A DNA stretch of 63,372 nucleotides, filler included, from Craspedostauros australis (lineage: Eukaryota): the NCBI GenBank assembly GCA_030167865.1. It is 11 parts of 11 records of this genome, joined end to end, with 100 filler letters (N's around TTAATTAATTAA, not from the genome) between each part and the next. Parts side by side here need not be neighbours in the genome. Positions count along the whole stretch, not along the records: positions 56,269 to 60,072 come from JALAGF010001404.1; positions 60,173 to 61,865 come from JALAGF010001405.1; positions 61,966 to 63,372 come from JALAGF010001407.1; 8 more parts are not named here. One strand, given 5' to 3'. The notes under the pieces are model-generated. The model made no database searches, was not told the origin of the DNA, and was given only the letters and a program-made list of their open reading frames with translations. The translations under genes were made by a program, and so were the position numbers. This document shows, one piece after another, positions 57,116 to 63,372 of this stretch (its first letter is position 1; every line of letters begins with the position of its first letter).

Positions 57116-57973
57116 TCACTTCTGCAACTGCGCCATGAGGGTCGCCATCTGATCCTGCAGGACTTGCAGCTGTGAGGCAGCCGTCGCCTTGAGGCTGGGT
57201 CCGAGCTGCTGGATGCCATCAGTATCATTGAGCCTGACAACCTGACCATCCCCGATGTTGATCTCGAAGTTGGCGCCCTCGTAGTTTGTTGGTGATGTTT
57301 GGTTGTTGTTGCCCTTGTGCTTCTTGGCGACAGTTGCAACCAGTGCACCGACATCACGTGGTTCCACTGGGGATCCATTCTGTGAGCTGTTGTTGCAGCA
57401 TCGGCATCAGCAGCAGCAGCAGAAAGAATGCGTGTGCATGTGTGAGGCAGTGGAATGTGGCGCAAGGCGGTGCAAGTAGGAGTATGTCACATTGAAAGAA
57501 ATGGAAAGATAGAGCAACAGCGTGAACCGAAGAGTTTCACCGACAATATTGTGAGAGACGATGCATGACAGCAGAGTGAATGAACTGCCGATGAGTGACA
57601 GCTGTCCATACCAAAGATCAAGACCACCGCAGAATCATCAGCAACGCACTTGCAACATCTCGATCGCAATGATGGTTTCACGCTCAGTACATACAAACAC
57701 AACAGAGCATATGGAAGACAGTACGTACTACAGCACTTCCCCGCGCCGCGCCGTGCGCAGGATGCTCCCTGGCGCAACGTTGCCATACCGACGCGTCGGT
57801 GCGGGCGTCGCAGCCACGGGCGGCAAGGGCTTGTTGTTGGCCGGAAACGGACGCTTGTGACCGGCTACCTGCATGTTGTCCTTCTGCAGCAGCATCTGCA
57901 GCAAGTTGCATTCGTACTTGGCATTGAAATCCCGGATCTTCATCCCTTTGACGGCCCTTGACAGCTTGAGCAT
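57116..57973 (-). CDS. Borealin (CDCA8)-like chromosomal passenger protein, exons 57973-57729 and 57386-57116; N-terminus unresolved
   Basis: LKLSRAVKGMKIRDF (end of Borealin_N). Splicing out GT-AG intron 57728-57387 creates LRTARRGEVLYSQNGSPV. C-terminal INIGDGQVVRL...LQVLQDQM resembles the Borealin dimerisation domain. Confidence 0.7.
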
Positions 57974-58914
57974 GTTGGCGATGTGTGTGTCAATAGGACT
58001 GAGTGTGTGAATCGATGTTGTTTGCTAATACAATATATATTATTCCATTATAGATATAACAGAATATAGAATGATATAATGTTAGAATGGGATTGATGAG
58101 TTTGGGAGTTGCGGTCTGCCCACGTGACAGTGGCTCACCCAGCTCTGTGGGAAGATATGGGTGCGGATGGGGATGCATCACGAGACACAGTCAATTGTGT
58201 CACATGGCTCGTCCTCTCATGACCACATGAACCAATGAGAACACTGTCCGAACAGTTCGAACTCGATGTGTGTCACATCGATTGATCGATTGCCTTCTTC
58301 GTGCTTTCTATTGGTGACAATGGTCATTGTTCTGTTTCAACGATCCCACGAGTCGAAGATACTCCGTTCTCATCACACAAGATCCCCTGGTTTCGTTCCC
58401 ACAACCCACAAAGATCGTCTTGTGGAGAGTGTTCTTGTCCAACTCCACTTCTTGGTGCCCCACATGACCCAACAAAGCCAGGACACGATGGGTGTTGAGA
58501 CTCCACGCTGGTGATCCTCCTCCACAACACTCCATGGATCGTACTTGTGCCGAAGCAGGACACGATCGTGGGATGGTGATCAAGGGACGGAGACCAACAC
58601 AGAAAGAAAGCGACAGAAGGAGAGAGAAAGACGATGAAAGACAATGAAAGACAATCAAAGACAGAGGCGAGGAGACAACAACGTTGTGCGAGTCCTACTC
58701 CAGGCATCGAAATCCACGCTCAAATCCACCAACAAGAGGCGTCGGCATGCTGCTCATCACACAGCATCATAGTCATACAACTACGCGTACATACTCGTAT
58801 TCGTGCTCGTACACTTGCTCGTCGTTGCACTGGTGGAATTGGGACACACAATCGGGATCTTGACCATTTCATCTCATAAAGCAGGCATCATGCCATAAAA
58901 TCATCCTCGGCAAC

Positions 58915-59055
58915 CAATCATCCAACAATCATCCAACCATCACCAATCAATCATCAAACAACATCCAACAATCGTCCACGAATCGTCCACGAATCGTCCA
59001 CGCATCATCCACGCATCATCCAACTAACAAACGCTCAACAATCATCCACCATCAT
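58915..59055. repeat. Degenerate ~11-bp tandem repeat (AATCRTCCAMS) in the leader of the ankyrin gene
   Basis: aatcatccaac, aatcgtccacg x3, catcatccacg and catcatccaac. Confidence 0.75.
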
Positions 59056-59061
59056 CTCAAC

Positions 59062-60072
59062 ATGCTGGATGTTTCGAACCAACAACTCCTTGATGCTGCC
59101 AAGGCAGGTGATGTGTCTGTGTTAAAAGAATGGAAGAAGCAGAAGGAAGGTGTTGATGTCAACAAGGTTGCAGACAGCGATGATGACACTCCTCTTCATC
59201 TGGCATGCGAAAATGGCCATCTGGAGTGTGTCAAGTACCTCATCGAATCTGCGAAGGCCGATGCCAACTGCAAAGACGAAGATGGTAATACTCCTCTTCA
59301 TCTGGCATGCTCCGAAGGTCATTTCGAGTGTGTCCAGTACCTCGTCGACTCTGCGAAGGCCAACACCAACTGCGAAGACGAAGATGGTAATACTCCTCTT
59401 CATCATGCATGCTCCGAAGGTCATCTCGAGTGTGTCAAGTACCTCGTCGACTCTGCGAAGGTCAACGCCAACTGCAAAGACAACCATGGTTCCACTCCTC
59501 TTCATGATGCATGCGAATATGGCCATTTCGAGTGTGTCAAGTACCTCGTCGACTCTGCGAAGGCTGATGCCAACTACAAAAACAACAACGGTGACACTCC
59601 TCTTCATCGCGCATGCTCCGAGGATCATTCTGACTGCGTCAAGTGCCTCATCGAATCAACCAACGCTAACATCGATATCGACATCAAGAACAACGACAAC
59701 AGAACACCCCTCGATGTGATCGATCCAACACATCAGATCAACATGATGAGATCAATCATGGAGCGTCTCAGTCACCTGAGCTCACAACTACAGCTTCACA
59801 AACGAAGCATCACAAGCACTGCCACAGCAACACCCAAGCACAACAAGTCGAACATCAACACAACGACCAACATCAGCATCGGCCAAGATCGTTGCAGCGC
59901 TGTTCGTACCGAGGCGAACGCAGACATCGTTTTCCTGTGTGGACAAGGCGACCGACAACAACCGATCAAGGCAAACAGCGGAGTCCTTGTGGTCACCGTC
60001 CCATCGATTCAAACATTGATCGACTCTGGAATCCACCATCTATCTTTGACCAAGCCATCATCCCCACCGTCA
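59062..60072 (+). CDS. Ankyrin-repeat protein with possible BTB/POZ start, 3'-truncated by gap
   Basis: Five 34-aa repeats TPLHxACxxGHxECVKYLVDSAKAxxNCKD. ADIVFLCG...IKANSGVLVV resembles a BTB N-terminus. Confidence 0.88.
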
Positions 60073-60172
60073 NNNNNNNNNNNNNNNNNNNNNNNNNNNN
60101 NNNNNNNNNNNNNNNNTTAATTAATTAANNNNNNNNNNNNNNNNNNNNNNNNNNNNNNNNNNNNNNNNNNNN

Positions 60173-61865
60173 CACGACTAATAGGAATACTAGTTTGAGC
60201 TAATACTCCCCAAAGTGTGTCTCGATGTAGGTAGCAGTTCAGGTGACGCGATCCGGTGAGGGGCTGGTACCCTTCCAGAAGAGCAGGGGCTTGACGAGGG
60301 GCCAGAAGGAAGCCCAAGGTAGGAACTTGGTCATGATGTCGGCCACATTTTGTGAGCCGTGTATTTTGACGAAGTAGAGGACCCCGGCGGCGATTGCGGA
60401 GCGGACTCTGTGGTAGGCGAGAGCATTGTGCCGCTTGGACAACATGCTCATNGGCACAGTAGACGAGGTGATGACGCTTTGGTTATCACCAAACATCCAG
60501 CTGGGACCGTCGATGGGAATGCCCATCTCGCGGAGAGCGAGGCGGAGAGAGATGATCTGTTCGGTGGCCTGTCAGGCAGCAACGAACTCGGACCCGTAGG
60601 TCGCAGTCTCGACAGTGGCTTGGCGCTTGCTGAACCACTCGATGGGAGTTTGGTTAACAAGGTGTAGGATGCCAGTTTCCGACCTGCCGGTGACCTGGCA
60701 GTGGAGGAGGTTTGCATCCACAAAAGTGGTGGTGCGGACGATCGCGCCCTTTGGAGTGGGCACGTCTGGGTCAGTTTCCTCCTGTGTGTGCCCGTACACG
60801 GAATAGAGCCAGTCGTGTTTTGGAACAACAAAACTCTCTTCGTGGTTTGGGACGCCCGTGCGGAACCGTATGGCGGCATCGGGATGTTTGCGCAGGTACC
60901 CGTAGACGCGTTGTGCGCGCTCGAGGTGACCTTTACGAGGGGCGGCACGGAAGCGTGCGAGGGTCATGACGGCGACAGAGATGTCGAACCGTCCGAGGGT
61001 GATGCACCATTGTAGCGCGCCGATCAGCGACATGAACTTGCGTTTGTCGATCTCGGAGAGCTCTGGCGACTTGTCGAGCTCCGGGCTGTCGGAATGATCG
61101 AGTGGGCAGCTGGCCTTCGTGGGGGCACAGCCGAACATGCGCTCGTAGTTGCCGAGCATGCGCTTGATGTACGATTGCGGGCTCATTTTCATGGTGCCAT
61201 CGCTATCGCGACCGAAGTCTGCGCCGAGATGGTAGGAGACGGGTCCGACGCCCTTCAGCTTGTATCCGTAGACCGAAGTGAGGGTGTCGAAGAAGGCTTG
61301 CGGGTCCTTCATGGTGGCCATGAGATCGTCCACGTAGACGCAGACGTATTCCCAGTGTTCACCACCGTCGCGCATCCACACATCAGGGTCGGATCTGCAC
61401 TGGAAGAATTGCAGGTCCCTGAGTGTGTCTGCGAGCGCTTCGTGGAAGCGTGCGCCGGAAGTGCGGAGGCCGTAGAGCGCCTTGACGATCTGCATCGTGT
61501 GACCGGCCTTGTCTCCAAACTCGTCTCCAGCGACAAAGCAGATGCGTTCCTTGGTGTAGGCTTCCAAGTACGCATTGCCGATGTCCCCGACCATGGTCTG
61601 TAGTCCGTTCATCTCCCCAGCGAGTAGTGCGAGGCGGAGAGAACGGAGACTGACGACTCCAGCGTAAGCTGTGTCCTTACATGGTGCGGTCAAGTGGCCG
61701 CCAGCGACGCATCTGGCCTTGTGGCGCAGATCGTGCTTCACGGCGTATACCCATTGCAGTCGGATCTTCTGGAACCCATCAGGTACCTTGGCGTGGTATC
61801 CGAGGGTCTTGAAGGTTTCGTAGCTCGTGAGCTGGTCCATTTCCTTGCGCTCGGCATCAGCCCAC
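60173..61865 (-). mobile_element. CoDi-like copia RT-RNase H (family C) with in-frame TGA, PPT and start of 3' LTR
   Basis: HKARCVAGGH, DIGNAYLEA, KALYGLRTSG, YVDD, WFSKRQATVETATYGSEFVAA*QATE and KRHNALAYHRVR. PPT GGGGAG at 60211-60206 is followed by TATT. Confidence 0.93.
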
Positions 61866-61965
61866 NNNNNNNNNNNNNNNNNNNNNNNNNNNNNNNNNNN
61901 NNNNNNNNNTTAATTAATTAANNNNNNNNNNNNNNNNNNNNNNNNNNNNNNNNNNNNNNNNNNNN

Positions 61966-63372
61966 GCTCTGTTCGAAGTTGATATTCTTGAGGGTCGACA
62001 CCAACATCTTGAACCATTGCCTGGCGCTCTGCACAAGTCCGTAGATTGGCTTGTGTAGGGTCAGGGCTTCGTCTGGTTGATGATCCATCCCGTTGGGACA
62101 GTTCATGTAGATCTCCTTGTCGAGGTCTCCATGCAGGAATGCCGTTACAACATCGACGAGTGCGCAGTCCATCTTCTTGATTAGCATGATCACCATCATG
62201 ACCCGATAGGTCACGTCATGGATGACGGGTGAGTAATGCTCTTGGAAGTCCACTCCTGCGACTTGTGAATAGCCACATGCAACGAGCCGCGCTCGATGTG
62301 TGCCGTCGCGCTTCAACTTGAAGACCCATTTGCGCTTGCGGCATCTGCGGCTGTGTGGGATGGCGTCTTGTTTGATCTTGCTGTACACCTTGCGTGTATC
62401 CATGGAGTCGAACTCCTTTTTGATGGCTGCTCGATATCCCTTTCGATGGATGGGATCTGGGTGATTGAAGGCTCCATCGAATGTCATTGGCTCGATGTGC
62501 TTCTCTGGTTCCTTGTTCTCGTCCTGCATCGACAGTCCGATGTCGATTGCCGGTGACTCGGTGATGATTGCATTCATCCCGTATAGTCCAGTTGTGCTAT
62601 GATGAGTGATTTCGATCGCTTCTCCTTCGTCTTCAATCTCTTCGTCATCTGTAGTCTCATTGTTGGATTCGTCAGTTATCTCATCGCTGAGTTCGTCACT
62701 CGCCTCATCGGATGATGGATCGCTCTCATAGCCTTCTTCCTTTCGACCTCGTTCATTGAAGTCTGCGAGCTCACGCAGAGCTCTGGGAATACTCTTCCCT
62801 GTAGTCGGTTTGGGATTAGTTTCTCCCTTCCTGCCTCATGCTTCATGACGTCGGATTCTCTCCTTTCTAGCTACGTCACGCTTGCTTGGTTTGCTTGGTG
62901 GAGGTCTGGATGGTGTGTCATGTTTAGACCTCGCTGGTGTGTTCGGAGGAGTAACGCCTGTGTCATCGTCGGCTTCGTCGCCGGATGGTATGATCTCGTC
63001 ATCCTCCTGATTGGATTCGCTCCGATCTTCCTCGTCATTGTGGACTAGTTGGGTTACTGCTCCATCGTCTTCGTCATCCTCATCGTCGCTATCTGATAGG
63101 ATGTGATATCTGTTGTTGTCAGCAAAAGATACTCTCTTCGCTTCTGATGCTTGACGCATTGCCGTCTTTGGCATTGCTCCCTTCCGTCCAATGGTTGTGA
63201 AGCCGTCTGCGTCTGTCGTTCCTACTTCGCTGGATATGTTCGGTGCTGGTGCCCAGCCACGGAACTGTCCGTATGATTGGTTGAGCCATTTGATGTCTCA
63301 AGAGCAGACCAGTGATTTGGTCGATGGTCTGTACATGTTGTAGACCCCTGATGCATGTTGGTGTGCATATCC
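61966..63372 (-). mobile_element. Second, pseudogenised copy of the copia pol seen at 32262-33414 (integrase end to RT)
   Basis: Colinear with 32262-33414 and read in a single frame with premature TGAs at 63298-63300 (CS*DIKWL) and 62836-62838. Confidence 0.93.

Noticed and set aside
52765..61865. Physical cluster of gag, variable LRR, ankyrin array and RT as one retro-diversification locus (DGR-like)
   Set aside because: The parts lie on different contigs separated by artificial linkers. The RT is an ordinary copia RT with a nonsense mutation, and no template repeat or adenine-specific pattern was seen.
29265..61965. Ten regularly structured TTAATTAATTAA palindromes as a biological repeat
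   Set aside because: Each is centred in a 100-bp N block. This is an artificial six-frame-stop contig linker.

Overview
Eukaryotic nuclear DNA, most likely a (pennate) diatom. This is inferred from spliceosomal GT-AG introns, an ASAFAP-type plastid pre-sequence, RxL propeptide-like motifs and CoDi-like copia elements. Bases 1-29.2 kb and 33.5-47.9 kb are gene-dense contigs. They encode a FUSC/ALMT-like transporter, a MINDY deubiquitinase, a GT61 glycosyltransferase, MYCBP, a BMT5/DUF2431-ZnF-S4-RluA fusion, a sterol-desaturase-family enzyme, a SET protein, an SDE3/MOV10-like helicase, a 4-exon membrane LRR protein, a secreted alpha-carbonic anhydrase, a sulfotransferase-like protein and a plastid CLC. 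The rest is a patchwork of short contigs joined by an artificial N44-TTAATTAATTAA-N44 linker, so adjacency across linkers means nothing. These contigs hold Ty1/copia fragments of several families, three copies of one LTR (one a solo LTR with a 6-bp TSD), decayed DDE transposases and a Borealin-like gene. They also hold two repeat-array genes whose frameworks are homogenised at DNA level while the binding-surface residues vary: a 15 x 72-bp LRR array and a 5 x 102-bp ankyrin array. These two arrays are the best candidates for an undescribed diversifying recognition system. All calls rest on motif recognition by eye; no searches were run.
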